The position numbers and the translations under genes are program-made. A stretch of 62,547 nucleotides of DNA, the filler included. It is 6 parts of 6 records of this genome, joined end to end, with 100 filler letters (N's around TTAATTAATTAA, not from the genome) between each part and the next. Parts side by side here need not be neighbours in the genome. Positions count along the whole stretch, not along the records: positions 1 to 11,496 come from SRR22947725_1444; positions 11,597 to 27,080 come from SRR22947725_1445; 4 more parts are not named here. One strand, given 5' to 3'. This document shows, in pieces, positions 10,141 to 19,563 of this stretch. Position 1 is the stretch's first letter, and each line of letters opens with the position of its first letter. The notes beneath the pieces are model-generated. The model was not told the origin of the DNA. It saw only the letters and a list, made by a program, of their open reading frames with translations, and searched no databases.

Positions 10141-11490
10141 ATGATTAATGCAGATACATTAAACTCACAAAAGCAAATATTTGGACATCCAGCAGGTCTG
10201 TATGTATTATTTTTTACAGAAATGTGGGAAAGGTTTTCCTATTACGGAATGAGAGCAATTTTAGTATTATACTTAGTTGCTGAGTCTACTCCTGATACGA
10301 TTAATCCAGGATTAAATTGGGAGACCGGAGCTGCACTATCTCTTTATGGTACTTACACCATGTTAGTATATGTTGCATCCATTCCAGGAGGTTGGATAGC
10401 TGATAACATATTGGGTCAAAAAAAATCTGTTCTTTATGGAGGTATATTACTTGTGTTAGGTCATTCAATTTTAGCTGTGGAAGAAATGTGGGCTTTCTAT
10501 ACAGGTCTGGGTCTTATTATTGCTGGAGTTGGGATGCTAAAGCCAAATATTTCATCCATGGTCGGAGGTCTTTATGCCCAAGGTGATGTTAGAAGAGATA
10601 AAGGTTTTATAATTTTTTACATAGGAATTAATATAGGAGCTTTTTTATCTAGTTTAATTGTTGGATATGTTGGAGAAACTTATGGCTGGCATTATGGGTT
10701 TGGTTTAGCAGGAATTGGAATGACTCTTGGTCTTATTCAATATCTATTTGGTCAAAAATATTTAAGTCAAGTAGGTGATTTTATAGGTAACAATAAATCT
10801 GATGAAGGGAAAGATATACTAAAAAAACCTTTAACTTCTATCGAAAAAGACAGGTTAGTAGTTTTGTTTTTATCTTTTATTCTTGTTATTGTATTCTGGG
10901 GTGCTTTTGAACAAGCAGGTGGTTTAATGAATATTTATGCATCTGAAAAGACAGATAGGTTATTTATGGGTTGGTTAGTTCCAGCTTCATGGTTTCAATC
11001 TTTAAATGCTATGTTTATCATATTTTTAGGAACAACTGTAGCAACGTACTGGGCTAAACGTAAATTGAAAAATCAATTATCATCTTCTTTATTTAAAATG
11101 ATTATTGGACTTATAATTATGGGAACTGGATTCTTTTTTATGTCTGCAGCAGCTACACAATATGAAACTCAAGGTAGTTCAGCTATGTATTGGTTAGTTC
11201 TAGCTTATTTATTTCATACTATTGGTGAATTATGTATCTCTCCAGTTGCATTATCATTTATTACAAAATTAGCTCCTTTAAAATATGCTTCTCTTACAAT
11301 GGGTGTTTATTTTGCAATGACAGGCTTCGGAAACAAACTAGCTGGTATACTTGGTGAAGCTTCACAAAGCATGGGAGAGTTTACTATATTTACAGGAATA
11401 GCAATTTTTTGTGTTGTTTTCGGTTGTTTAGTTTTATTATTTAGAACTAAACTTGAAAAACTTACTCACGGAGCTGAAGACGATAATTAA
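10141..11490 (+). CDS. POT/PTR proton-dependent oligopeptide transporter (MFS)
   Basis: FFTEMWERFSYYGMR signature, FYIGINIGA, GELCISP. Confidence 0.93.
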   Translation: MINADTLNSQKQIFGHPAGLYVLFFTEMWERFSYYGMRAILVLYLVAESTPDTINPGLNWETGAALSLYGTYTMLVYVASIPGGWIADNILGQKKSVLYGGILLVLGHSILAVEEMWAFYTGLGLIIAGVGMLKPNISSMVGGLYAQGDVRRDKGFIIFYIGINIGAFLSSLIVGYVGETYGWHYGFGLAGIGMTLGLIQYLFGQKYLSQVGDFIGNNKSDEGKDILKKPLTSIEKDRLVVLFLSFILVIVFWGAFEQAGGLMNIYASEKTDRLFMGWLVPASWFQSLNAMFIIFLGTTVATYWAKRKLKNQLSSSLFKMIIGLIIMGTGFFFMSAAATQYETQGSSAMYWLVLAYLFHTIGELCISPVALSFITKLAPLKYASLTMGVYFAMTGFGNKLAGILGEASQSMGEFTIFTGIAIFCVVFGCLVLLFRTKLEKLTHGAEDDN

Positions 11491-11496
11491 AATCAA

Positions 11497-11596
11497 NNNN
11501 NNNNNNNNNNNNNNNNNNNNNNNNNNNNNNNNNNNNNNNNTTAATTAATTAANNNNNNNNNNNNNNNNNNNNNNNNNNNNNNNNNNNNNNNNNNNN
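11497..11596. other. Artificial contig spacer 1 (N44-TTAATTAATTAA-N44)
   Basis: Linker with stops in all frames flanked by Ns; taxon changes across it. Confidence 0.97.
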
Positions 11597-11625
11597 TGGG
11601 GGTTCGACTCCCTCCATCCCTACCA
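11597..11625 (+). tRNA. 3' fragment of a tRNA (T-arm, acceptor strand, CCA); isotype not determinable
   Basis: GGGGG-TTCGACT-CCCTC T-arm followed by CATCCCT-A-CCA; truncated by the contig edge. Confidence 0.8.
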
Positions 11626-11640
11626 TGTATACTATTTACA

Positions 11641-12267
11641 ATGAAAAAAATAGCTATATTTGGAAAAAAAGGCTCAATAGCAAAATTTGATATTACATCA
11701 AACAATGCTATTTGGATCGGAAAACTTGAGGATAAATACACCCCCAGTTCTATAGCACAAATAAATGATTATTTATTGGTTTACAGCAATACATCATTTA
11801 CAGGCAAAGGTATGATTCATTGTTTTTTGGAGGATAATGGAAAACTTTTATGGTCATATGAAACTAAGGATATTTGTAATGCATCGCATCCCTTTGCTCC
11901 GTTAATGCTTGATAACTATTTATACTATATGCCGTCTTCAAAAGAAGTTGCGAAACTTTCACTTAACAATGGCGAACTAATGTTTCGCAAAAATTTTGAA
12001 AAATCTATGTTTAAGGCTTATGGTTTAATGATTATATCTGATAGTGTTTTTCTAATTTCAAAAAAAGACGCTCTTAAAGTGAATAAAGAATCTGGTGATG
12101 TAAGCCCCTATCCCAAAATTTCTGAATCCATAAACTTAAAAGAGATTTCAGCTTCATTGGGAAATGGCACATCATACTTGTCATCGATATCATTAGCTTA
12201 TCCTCAATCAGGAGATTCAGGCATGATGATGACTGGTGGCGGAGATGCTGGTGGCGGAGGAGAATAG
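11641..12267 (+). CDS. Hypothetical protein with PQQ-like beta-propeller repeats and a Gly-rich tail
   Basis: DNGKLLWSY, NNGELMFRK, KESGDV blade-like repeats; C-terminal GGGDAGGGGE. Confidence 0.65.
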   Translation: MKKIAIFGKKGSIAKFDITSNNAIWIGKLEDKYTPSSIAQINDYLLVYSNTSFTGKGMIHCFLEDNGKLLWSYETKDICNASHPFAPLMLDNYLYYMPSSKEVAKLSLNNGELMFRKNFEKSMFKAYGLMIISDSVFLISKKDALKVNKESGDVSPYPKISESINLKEISASLGNGTSYLSSISLAYPQSGDSGMMMTGGGDAGGGGE

Positions 12268-12287
12268 TTTTCATGTCAGCTCACAAG

Positions 12288-12315
12288 TTTACAAAATTAA
12301 ATTTATATATATACT
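12288..12315 (+). promoter_or_regulatory. Putative sigma70 promoter of the arg operon
   Basis: TTTACA (12288-12293), 16-nt spacer, TATACT (12310-12315). Confidence 0.55.
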
Positions 12316-12323
12316 TAGCACCG

Positions 12324-12368
12324 ATGAATAACTATTTAACACAAGAAAGACGGGCTTCAGCTATATAG
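12324..12368 (+). CDS. Putative arg operon leader peptide MNNYLTQERRASAI
   Basis: 14-codon ORF with tandem Arg codons AGA CGG, overlapping alternative hairpins upstream of a terminator. Confidence 0.7.
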   Translation: MNNYLTQERRASAI

Positions 12369-12418
12369 CTGGATCTTTCCTATTGTGAATTAGACCCAGC
12401 TTTTGCTGGGTTTTTTTT
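12340..12418 (+). promoter_or_regulatory. Putative transcription attenuator (1:2, 2:3 antiterminator, 3:4 terminator)
   Basis: 12340-12362 pairs with 12367-12387 (with bulges); 12367-12376 pairs with 12392-12401 (9/10); 12393-12400 pairs with 12405-12412, followed by the U tract. Confidence 0.72.
12392..12418 (+). terminator. Intrinsic terminator in the arg leader
   Basis: GACCCAGC-TTTT-GCTGGG then T8 (12411-12418), ending 19 nt before the argF' ATG. Confidence 0.85.
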
Positions 12419-12437
12419 ATTTTAAAGAAAGTGAATT

Positions 12438-13439
12438 ATGAAAAATTTTATATCAACAAAAGATTGGACAAAGAATGAACTTCAAGACATTTTAGATTAT
12501 GCAAAAGATCTTAAAGTTAACAAGTTTCAAAATACATTAAAAAATAAATCAGTTGCATTATTGTTTTTTAATCCTTCTATGAGAACAAGGACAAGTTTTG
12601 AGCTAGGTATTCAAGAGTTAGGCGGATATGCTGTTGTTCTTCATCCAGGAAAAGACGCCTGGCCAATAGAATTCAAGCCAAATGCCATCATGGACGAGGA
12701 TTCAGAAGAACATATTATAGAAGTTGCAAAGGTGCTTTCTGAATATTGTGATTTAATAGCGATTAGAGCATTTCCAAAATTTATAAATCTAGAAGAAGAC
12801 TTAACAGATCATGTAATTAATAGTTTTGCTAAATACGCATCAGTACCTGTTGTTAACATGGAGACTATTACCCATCCTTGCCAAGAATTGGCGCACATAC
12901 TAACAATGCAAGAAAAATTAGGAGATCTAAAAGGTAAAGATTATCTATTAACTTGGACATATCATCCTAAGCCATTAAATACAGCAGTTGCTAATTCATC
13001 ATTAATGATAGCAAGTAAATTTGGTATGAATGTGAAGTTACTTTGTCCAACTGAGGATTATATTTTGCATGAAAGCTATATTAATCAAGCTCAGCATAAT
13101 TGTGATCAAAATAACACAAGTTTTGAGATTACCCATGATATTGATTACGGGTATGCAAATGCCAATATTGTTTATGCAAAAAGCTGGGGTTCTCTAAAAT
13201 ATTATGGCAAACCAGAAGAGGAAAAAATTATTAGAGATAAATTTAAGCATTTTATTGTTGATAAAAGAAAAATGGATATGACTAATAATGCTTTGTTTAG
13301 TCATTGCTTGCCCTTAAGAAGAAATATTAAAGCAACAGATGAGGTTATGGATTCAGATTCTTGTGTTGCCATTCAAGAGGCTGGTAACAGGATTCATGTT
13401 CAAAAATCATTACTAACTAAATTACTAAAGGATAATTAA
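12438..13439 (+). CDS. argF: N-acetylornithine carbamoyltransferase (AOTCase, ArgF')
   Basis: FFNPSMRTRTSF, AWPIEF, EEHI, ETITHPCQELAH, TWTYHPKPLNTAVANS, SHCLPLRRN: Xanthomonas-type AOTCase motifs. Confidence 0.92.
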   Translation: MKNFISTKDWTKNELQDILDYAKDLKVNKFQNTLKNKSVALLFFNPSMRTRTSFELGIQELGGYAVVLHPGKDAWPIEFKPNAIMDEDSEEHIIEVAKVLSEYCDLIAIRAFPKFINLEEDLTDHVINSFAKYASVPVVNMETITHPCQELAHILTMQEKLGDLKGKDYLLTWTYHPKPLNTAVANSSLMIASKFGMNVKLLCPTEDYILHESYINQAQHNCDQNNTSFEITHDIDYGYANANIVYAKSWGSLKYYGKPEEEKIIRDKFKHFIVDKRKMDMTNNALFSHCLPLRRNIKATDEVMDSDSCVAIQEAGNRIHVQKSLLTKLLKDN

Positions 13440-13441
13440 AA

Positions 13442-14632
13442 ATGAAAAAAATTGTTTGTGCATTTTCAGGCGGCTTGGATACAAGTTTTTGTGTCCCATA
13501 CTTAATAGAACAAGGTTTCGAAGTTTATACAATTTTTGTTAATACAGGAGGCACCGCAACTAATGAGGAAAAGAAAATATCAAATAGAGCATTAGAACTT
13601 GGTGCTAAAAAACATTTAAACGTAAATGTTGAACTTAAACTTTGGAATCAAATTATAAAACCTCTTATATGGTCTGGATCAAACTATCAGAATAAGTATC
13701 CTGCGCTTTGCTCTGATAGATACTTAATTGTCTCTGAAGCTATCAAGCTTTGTAAAAAACTGAATACTAAATATATATCTCATGGCTGTACTGGTATGGG
13801 GAATGATCAAGTTAGATTTGATTTATCAATTCAAGCATTTGGAAATTACAAAATAATCACACCTATAAGAGAAATTCAAAATAAAGTTTCTGATGTAAGA
13901 GGCTATGAGAAGAAATATTTAACTGAGAGAGGCTTTAAAGTTTCTTCTTTGCATACTAAATACAGTATTAATGAAAACTTGATGGGTGCTACAGTCTCAG
14001 GTTCAGAGATTGATGATTGGAAAGAACCATCAAAGGAAAGCTATATCTTGTGTAGCACTCCAGATAAATATCCTACTAAAACTAAGAAAATAACTATTGA
14101 GTTTGCAAAAGGCGAAGCTAAAAAAATAGATGGTAAACCCATAAAAGGTGCAGATTTATTAAGAATGTTAAATAAAATTGGTGGCAAGTATGGAATAGGT
14201 AGAGAAATCTTTGCTGGTGACACTATTATAGGAATCAAGGGAAGATTTCTTTTTGAATCTCCTGGAATATCAATATTACAAAAAGCGCATAGAGCTCTAG
14301 AGGAATCTATTTTTACCGATAAACAGAACTTCTTTAAACCAACAGTTGGTAAAAAATGGGTTGAGCTTGTATATGGTGGTTTTTATTTTGATCCACTCGC
14401 TAGAAATCTTGAAACTTTTCTTGAGGATATTCAAAAACCAGTGAGTGGAAAAGTTACAGTATTACTTAGCCCTGGAAGGGCTGACGCTGTCTGTGTTGAC
14501 GCAAAGAAAATTTTAATCAGCAAGGATGCTATCTATGCTCAATCAGCATCATGGGGCGTAGAAGAATCAGCTGGATTTATTAAGCTTTTAGGAAAAAGTA
14601 CTTCTACATGGACAGAAGTTAATAAAAAGTAA
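13442..14632 (+). CDS. argG: Argininosuccinate synthase
   Basis: AFSGGLDTS, HGCTGMGNDQVRF, YSINENL, IGIKGR. Confidence 0.96.
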   Translation: MKKIVCAFSGGLDTSFCVPYLIEQGFEVYTIFVNTGGTATNEEKKISNRALELGAKKHLNVNVELKLWNQIIKPLIWSGSNYQNKYPALCSDRYLIVSEAIKLCKKLNTKYISHGCTGMGNDQVRFDLSIQAFGNYKIITPIREIQNKVSDVRGYEKKYLTERGFKVSSLHTKYSINENLMGATVSGSEIDDWKEPSKESYILCSTPDKYPTKTKKITIEFAKGEAKKIDGKPIKGADLLRMLNKIGGKYGIGREIFAGDTIIGIKGRFLFESPGISILQKAHRALEESIFTDKQNFFKPTVGKKWVELVYGGFYFDPLARNLETFLEDIQKPVSGKVTVLLSPGRADAVCVDAKKILISKDAIYAQSASWGVEESAGFIKLLGKSTSTWTEVNKK

Positions 14633-14633
14633 T

Positions 14634-15941
14634 ATGAACAAAAGTTATAAAAAAGATACTATCTTAAAACTTCTCAGCGGAATGAGTAGTGAGAAGGAAA
14701 TTAGAAAATATTTGAATAGGTTTTCATCTGACGATTATAGATTTGCTGTAATCAAAGTTGGTGGGGCAGTTATTCAAAATGATCTTGATAATCTAGTATC
14801 TTCTTTAGCTTTTTTAAATGAAGTTGGATTAAAGCCAATTATTGTTCACGGAGGAGGACCAAAGTTATCTGAAGAGCTTAAAAGAAAAAATATTTCATTC
14901 TCTTTTAAAGATGGGCAAAGGGTTACATCAAAAGAAGTTCTAGATATTGCCTTCAAAGTATTTAGCGGTGAGAACAAAAAAATTATATCTGCACTTATTG
15001 ATAACGGTGTTAACGCTATTCCAGTTATTGGAAATTTATTTAAATGCAATATTGATAATAAAGAGCTTGGTTTTGTAGGAGAGATAAAAGAAATAAACTC
15101 TGATGAAATAAAAGAAATTATTAACTCTGGAGGAATTCCAGTCGTAGCACCAGTAGGACATACAGAGGATAAACAACTAGTAAATATAAATGGTGATAAA
15201 GCCACACTCGCCCTAGCGCAAGAAATCACACCAGATAAAGTAATCTTTCTAAGTGAGATCGGAGGAATTTTTGATGAAACAAATAAGTTGATATCAAATA
15301 TTAATATTAAAGATGATTACGACAGATTAATGAATGAAGATTGGCTTCATTCTGGAATGAAGCTTAAGCTTCAGCAGATAAAGTTGCTTTTAGATATTTT
15401 ACCAAGCCATAGTTCTGTATCAATTACCAAGCCACTTCATCTAAATAGAGAGCTTTTTACTGATGCCGGATTTGGAACATTAGTCAAAGCTGGCCATCAA
15501 ATAGATAAATATCAAAACCTTGATCACGAGCAGGAGACAACAATAACATCAATTCTTGAATCCTCTTTCAAGGGAAAATTGATAAATAGATACTTTGAGA
15601 ATAATAAAAAAGAATTTTATCTTAGCTCATGTAATAGAGCTTCTATAGTGATTTCTCATGATCAAAACATTGCCTATATGGATAAGTTTGCAGTTATTAA
15701 CTCTGCAAGAGGTGAGGGTCTAGGTAATGCAATGTGGAATAAAATGCTATCAGATCACAAGCAAGTTTTCTGGAGATCGAGAACAAATAATGCGATAAAT
15801 AATTTTTATAAAGATGTGTGTGATGGATTTCAAAAATATGATGAATGGAGTATTTTTTGGATAGGAATAAATGATCTTAATAGATTAACTAAGTGTATTG
15901 ATTATGCAGCAAAACAACCTGCAACTATTAATTATGAATAA
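14634..15941 (+). CDS. argB: N-acetylglutamate kinase with C-terminal NAT domain (bifunctional NAGS/K type)
   Basis: VIKVGG, VHGGGP, NINGD in the kinase domain; ELFTDAGFGTL linker; YMDKFAV...RGEGLG...FWRSR..N.INNFY NAT domain. Confidence 0.9.
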   Translation: MNKSYKKDTILKLLSGMSSEKEIRKYLNRFSSDDYRFAVIKVGGAVIQNDLDNLVSSLAFLNEVGLKPIIVHGGGPKLSEELKRKNISFSFKDGQRVTSKEVLDIAFKVFSGENKKIISALIDNGVNAIPVIGNLFKCNIDNKELGFVGEIKEINSDEIKEIINSGGIPVVAPVGHTEDKQLVNINGDKATLALAQEITPDKVIFLSEIGGIFDETNKLISNINIKDDYDRLMNEDWLHSGMKLKLQQIKLLLDILPSHSSVSITKPLHLNRELFTDAGFGTLVKAGHQIDKYQNLDHEQETTITSILESSFKGKLINRYFENNKKEFYLSSCNRASIVISHDQNIAYMDKFAVINSARGEGLGNAMWNKMLSDHKQVFWRSRTNNAINNFYKDVCDGFQKYDEWSIFWIGINDLNRLTKCIDYAAKQPATINYE

Positions 15942-16878
15942 TAAATATAATATTGCTTTGTTAGGTGGCAGAGGTTATGTGGGTCAAGAGATAATTGCCA
16001 TTTTAAATAACCATCCCAACTTTATCTTATCTAAAGTATTTTCTAAAAATGCAGCAGGTGAAAGCATTAAAGAGTATACAAAATTATCAAATTTGGAATA
16101 TAGCTACCTAGATGAACCGGAAATGATTGATCTATCAGATATAGATATTGCAATCATGGCTCTTCCTAATAATAAATCTCATGAGTATGTAAAAAAAATT
16201 GAAGAATACAATTCAAATATGATCATTATTGATTTAAGCGCTGACTATAGATTCAGTGATAATTGGACATACAGCATTCCTGAAATTTGCAAACCAGCAA
16301 AAAAAAATAGAATTAGTAATCCTGGATGCTATGCATCTGCAATCCAGTTTTCTTTATTTCCAATTAAAAATATCATTAGTGGAAAAGTCAGCAGTATGGG
16401 CATTTCAGGATACAGTGGAGCTGGCGCAACTCCTAATGAAAAAAATAATCTAGAGAATTTAAAAGATAATATTATGCCTTATTCTCTTTCGGGGCATCTG
16501 CACGAAGATGAAGTTAGATGGCACTGCTATAATGATCTTGCATTCAGCCCTCACGTTGGAAATTTTTTTAGAGGTATTCTTATCACCTCACATATTAAGC
16601 TGAAGACCAAGCATGCAAATTCTGAAATATATGATATTTATAAAGACTATTATCAGGACTATAAGCTAATAAAAATTAGCAAAGAGATACCAATGATTAA
16701 CAAAATATCAAATAGCCATTTTGTTAATATTGGTGGATTTGATATAGATGAGAGCGGATTAGAATTAGTTGTATGTTGCACCTTGGACAACCTTCTTAAA
16801 GGAGCTGCAACGCAGGCTGTTCAAAATTTAAATTATGCATGTAATTTACAGGAATTAACTGGGATATATTATGAGTAA
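15934..16878 (+). CDS. argC: N-acetyl-gamma-glutamyl-phosphate reductase
   Basis: GGRGYVG, DLSADYR, ISNPGCYA, SGYSGAG, DNLLKGAATQA; ATG 15934 overlaps the argB stop. Confidence 0.95.
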   Translation: MNNKYNIALLGGRGYVGQEIIAILNNHPNFILSKVFSKNAAGESIKEYTKLSNLEYSYLDEPEMIDLSDIDIAIMALPNNKSHEYVKKIEEYNSNMIIIDLSADYRFSDNWTYSIPEICKPAKKNRISNPGCYASAIQFSLFPIKNIISGKVSSMGISGYSGAGATPNEKNNLENLKDNIMPYSLSGHLHEDEVRWHCYNDLAFSPHVGNFFRGILITSHIKLKTKHANSEIYDIYKDYYQDYKLIKISKEIPMINKISNSHFVNIGGFDIDESGLELVVCCTLDNLLKGAATQAVQNLNYACNLQELTGIYYE

Positions 16879-18154
16879 AAAAATATGGAATACAAAAGGT
16901 GTTGAGTCTTCATATGAGATAGCATCATTTCTAGCTGGTGAGGACATTGAGCTAGATAAATCTATCTTTATATATGATATTGATGCAACTATCGCTCACA
17001 TCAAAGGTCTAGCCTCTATAGGCGTTATAAAAAAAAATGAATTAGCTAAATTGATTAAATCGTTAAAAGATTTAAGACTAAAATTCTTAAATAAATCCTT
17101 TAAATTAAATGAGAAATATGAAGACTGCCATTCAGCTATTGAATTTTATTTAACAAAAGAACTTGGAGAGCTTGGTAAAAAAGTTCATACAGGTAGAAGT
17201 AGAAACGATCAAGTTCTTGTGGCAATGAGACTTTTTGCTAAAAAAAATCTAATAGATTTCAAGAAATCTAATAAATCTATTGCAAGGGTTTTGCTGAGAA
17301 TGGCAAAAAAACATGAAAACAATCCAATGCCTGGTTATACCCATCTTCAAAGGGCAATGCCATCCTCATGGGGTCTTTGGTTTGCATCTTATGCTGAGTC
17401 ATTTATTGATAATGTTGATTTAATAAATAGCACTATAGAGTGGATAGATTCAAACCCTCTTGGAAGCGCTGCTGGTTATGGAGTGGCACTACCCTTAGAC
17501 AGAAAGCTGACAACAAAAGAACTAGGATTTAAGAGAACCCAAATAAATACTTTGTATATTCAAAACAGTAGAGGTAAATATGAAATGCAAATAATAAATA
17601 CATTAAAACAGTCAATGCTGGATGTAAGAAAGTTTTCCTGGGATATGAGTTTATTTCTATCTCAAGAATTTGATTTACTCAAAATTGATAAAGCATACCT
17701 AACAGGCTCTTCTATTATGCCTAATAAACATAATCCTGATGTGATAGAAATTCTTAGAGCTAATTATTCCATACTTGCAGGTCAAGCTTCAGAACTTGAG
17801 AACCTTCTTTCACTTCCAAGTGGCTACCAAAGAGATCTTCAATTAACAAAAAGAAGTTTAATATCAAGCTTTGATATCTCCCTTAAATCATTAAATATTC
17901 TTCCAAAATTAATAGATTCCATTAAAGTAAATAAGTCAAAATCGATTGCTTATATTGATGAAGAGATGAAAATGACTGATAAAGTCTATGCTCTTGTTGC
18001 TAAAGGAAAACCTTTTAGAGACGCATATAATTTAATCAAAAATTCTGATGATTTATCAAGCTACGCTCAATCTAATTCAAAAGATTATTCAGAGGGATCG
18101 CCTGGAAATTTAGCCTTAGACAAACTCGACGCAAGGCTTAAAAAGCAAAAATAA
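16871..18154 (+). CDS. argH: Argininosuccinate lyase
   Basis: HTGRSRNDQ, PGYTHLQRA, GSSIMPNKHNPD. Confidence 0.96.
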   Translation: MSKKIWNTKGVESSYEIASFLAGEDIELDKSIFIYDIDATIAHIKGLASIGVIKKNELAKLIKSLKDLRLKFLNKSFKLNEKYEDCHSAIEFYLTKELGELGKKVHTGRSRNDQVLVAMRLFAKKNLIDFKKSNKSIARVLLRMAKKHENNPMPGYTHLQRAMPSSWGLWFASYAESFIDNVDLINSTIEWIDSNPLGSAAGYGVALPLDRKLTTKELGFKRTQINTLYIQNSRGKYEMQIINTLKQSMLDVRKFSWDMSLFLSQEFDLLKIDKAYLTGSSIMPNKHNPDVIEILRANYSILAGQASELENLLSLPSGYQRDLQLTKRSLISSFDISLKSLNILPKLIDSIKVNKSKSIAYIDEEMKMTDKVYALVAKGKPFRDAYNLIKNSDDLSSYAQSNSKDYSEGSPGNLALDKLDARLKKQK

Positions 18155-18257
18155 TATACTTGAGCATATAAAGGCTTACGAGTATCAATTTAAGCTTATA
18201 TATCTATGGATAGAAATACTGCTAAGATGTAATTCTGATGCCATATATTCTTAAATA

Positions 18258-19514
18258 ATGATAATGCCTGCTAGATTTAAGCTGGTCTTTATGTCATTTC
18301 TGGCTGTTTTTATTTGCTACATTGATCGTATAAATATCTCAGTGGCCATCATTCCAATGCAAGAACAGTTTGGGTGGAACGAAGCTCAGATTGGTATTAT
18401 TTTTTCTATTTTTTATGTCGGTTATTTTATCTCAATGGCTCTTGGAGGATTTTTAGCTGATAAATATGGAGGTAAGGTAGTTTTAGGTATTGGGGTATTA
18501 TTATGGTCACTATTTACAATACTAACCCCAGTATTTTCTTATAATGGCTTTCTTGCGTTGCTTTTTATAAGAGTGTTAATAGGTTTGGGGGAAGGGATAA
18601 CTTTTCCATCATGGCATTCTATGTATGCCCATTGGATACCATTCAAAGAAAGAACTAGAGCTGTAGCAATTACGAATAGTGGTATACCTATTGGTACAAT
18701 ATTTGCCTATATTATTTCAGCTCTAATAATTGCATCTTATGCATGGGAGTGGGTATTTTATTCTTTTGGTGCGCTTGGCGTAATTTGGTTCTTTTTCTGG
18801 CACAGATATATTTACGCATACCCTCATCAGGATAAAAAAATCACATATGAGGAATTGACACTCATTAAAAATGAAGCACCCGCTAACTCAATCGCATCAA
18901 AAATTCCATTATCAAGTTTGTTAAGAAATCTTCCTTTTCTATCGATTTCTATTGCAACATTTTGTAATAATTGGGCTTTATTTACTTTTTTATCTTATTT
19001 ACCCAAGTTTGTTAATAGTTTAGGAGTGAGTTTAGATTCATCTGCTTTTGTATTAATGATTCTTATTCCAAGCATTGTTTCAGTAGCAGCTCTTATTTCA
19101 GGAGGTTATTTAGCTGACTCCTTAATAAAAAATGGATATAAGGTTATTAAGGTTCGAAAAACTGTAAATACAATAGGTTTCTTTGGAGCTGCTTTTTGTT
19201 TATTTATGGTGCCACTACAAGAATCTCATATATTCATTGTTATCTTGCTATGTATTACTAATTTATTTAGTGGAATAGGCGCTGGAGGCTTTGGAGTAAA
19301 TCATGCAGATCTAAGCCCAAATCATACTGGTACGCTTTTTGGTATCGCTGGAAGTATTGGTATGATAGCAGCAATAATAAGCCCATTAGTTGCAGGCTTT
19401 ATTCTTGAGCTTACAGGTTCATGGACTTTAATATTTCATATATGTTCTGCTGTTTTAATTTTTGGTGGGACCTTTTATTTAATTTTTGCGAGCGCTACCA
19501 AACAGTTTAAATAA
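18258..19514 (+). CDS. MFS transporter, anion:cation symporter (ACS/SLC17-like) family
   Basis: YIDRINISVA, GGFLADKYGGK, GLGEGITFP; about 12 TM segments. Confidence 0.88.
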   Translation: MIMPARFKLVFMSFLAVFICYIDRINISVAIIPMQEQFGWNEAQIGIIFSIFYVGYFISMALGGFLADKYGGKVVLGIGVLLWSLFTILTPVFSYNGFLALLFIRVLIGLGEGITFPSWHSMYAHWIPFKERTRAVAITNSGIPIGTIFAYIISALIIASYAWEWVFYSFGALGVIWFFFWHRYIYAYPHQDKKITYEELTLIKNEAPANSIASKIPLSSLLRNLPFLSISIATFCNNWALFTFLSYLPKFVNSLGVSLDSSAFVLMILIPSIVSVAALISGGYLADSLIKNGYKVIKVRKTVNTIGFFGAAFCLFMVPLQESHIFIVILLCITNLFSGIGAGGFGVNHADLSPNHTGTLFGIAGSIGMIAAIISPLVAGFILELTGSWTLIFHICSAVLIFGGTFYLIFASATKQFK

Positions 19515-19563
19515 CTTAAAAATTATTTTTTCTACATAAATTCATCTATGGTTATAATGATGA

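Noticed and set aside
11541-11741. 66-aa minus-strand ORF running into Ns
   Set aside because: Antisense to the tRNA fragment and the hypothetical gene; created by the spacer
12323-12340. ARG-box-like 18-mer GATGAATAACTATTTAAC overlapping the leader start
   Set aside because: Single copy with mismatches at conserved positions, no tandem partner box, AT-rich background; the attenuator explains the region better, though ArgR binding is not excluded
18155-18257. Imperfect inverted repeat after argH
   Set aside because: AT-rich, weak pairing, no U tract; cannot support a terminator or RNA call
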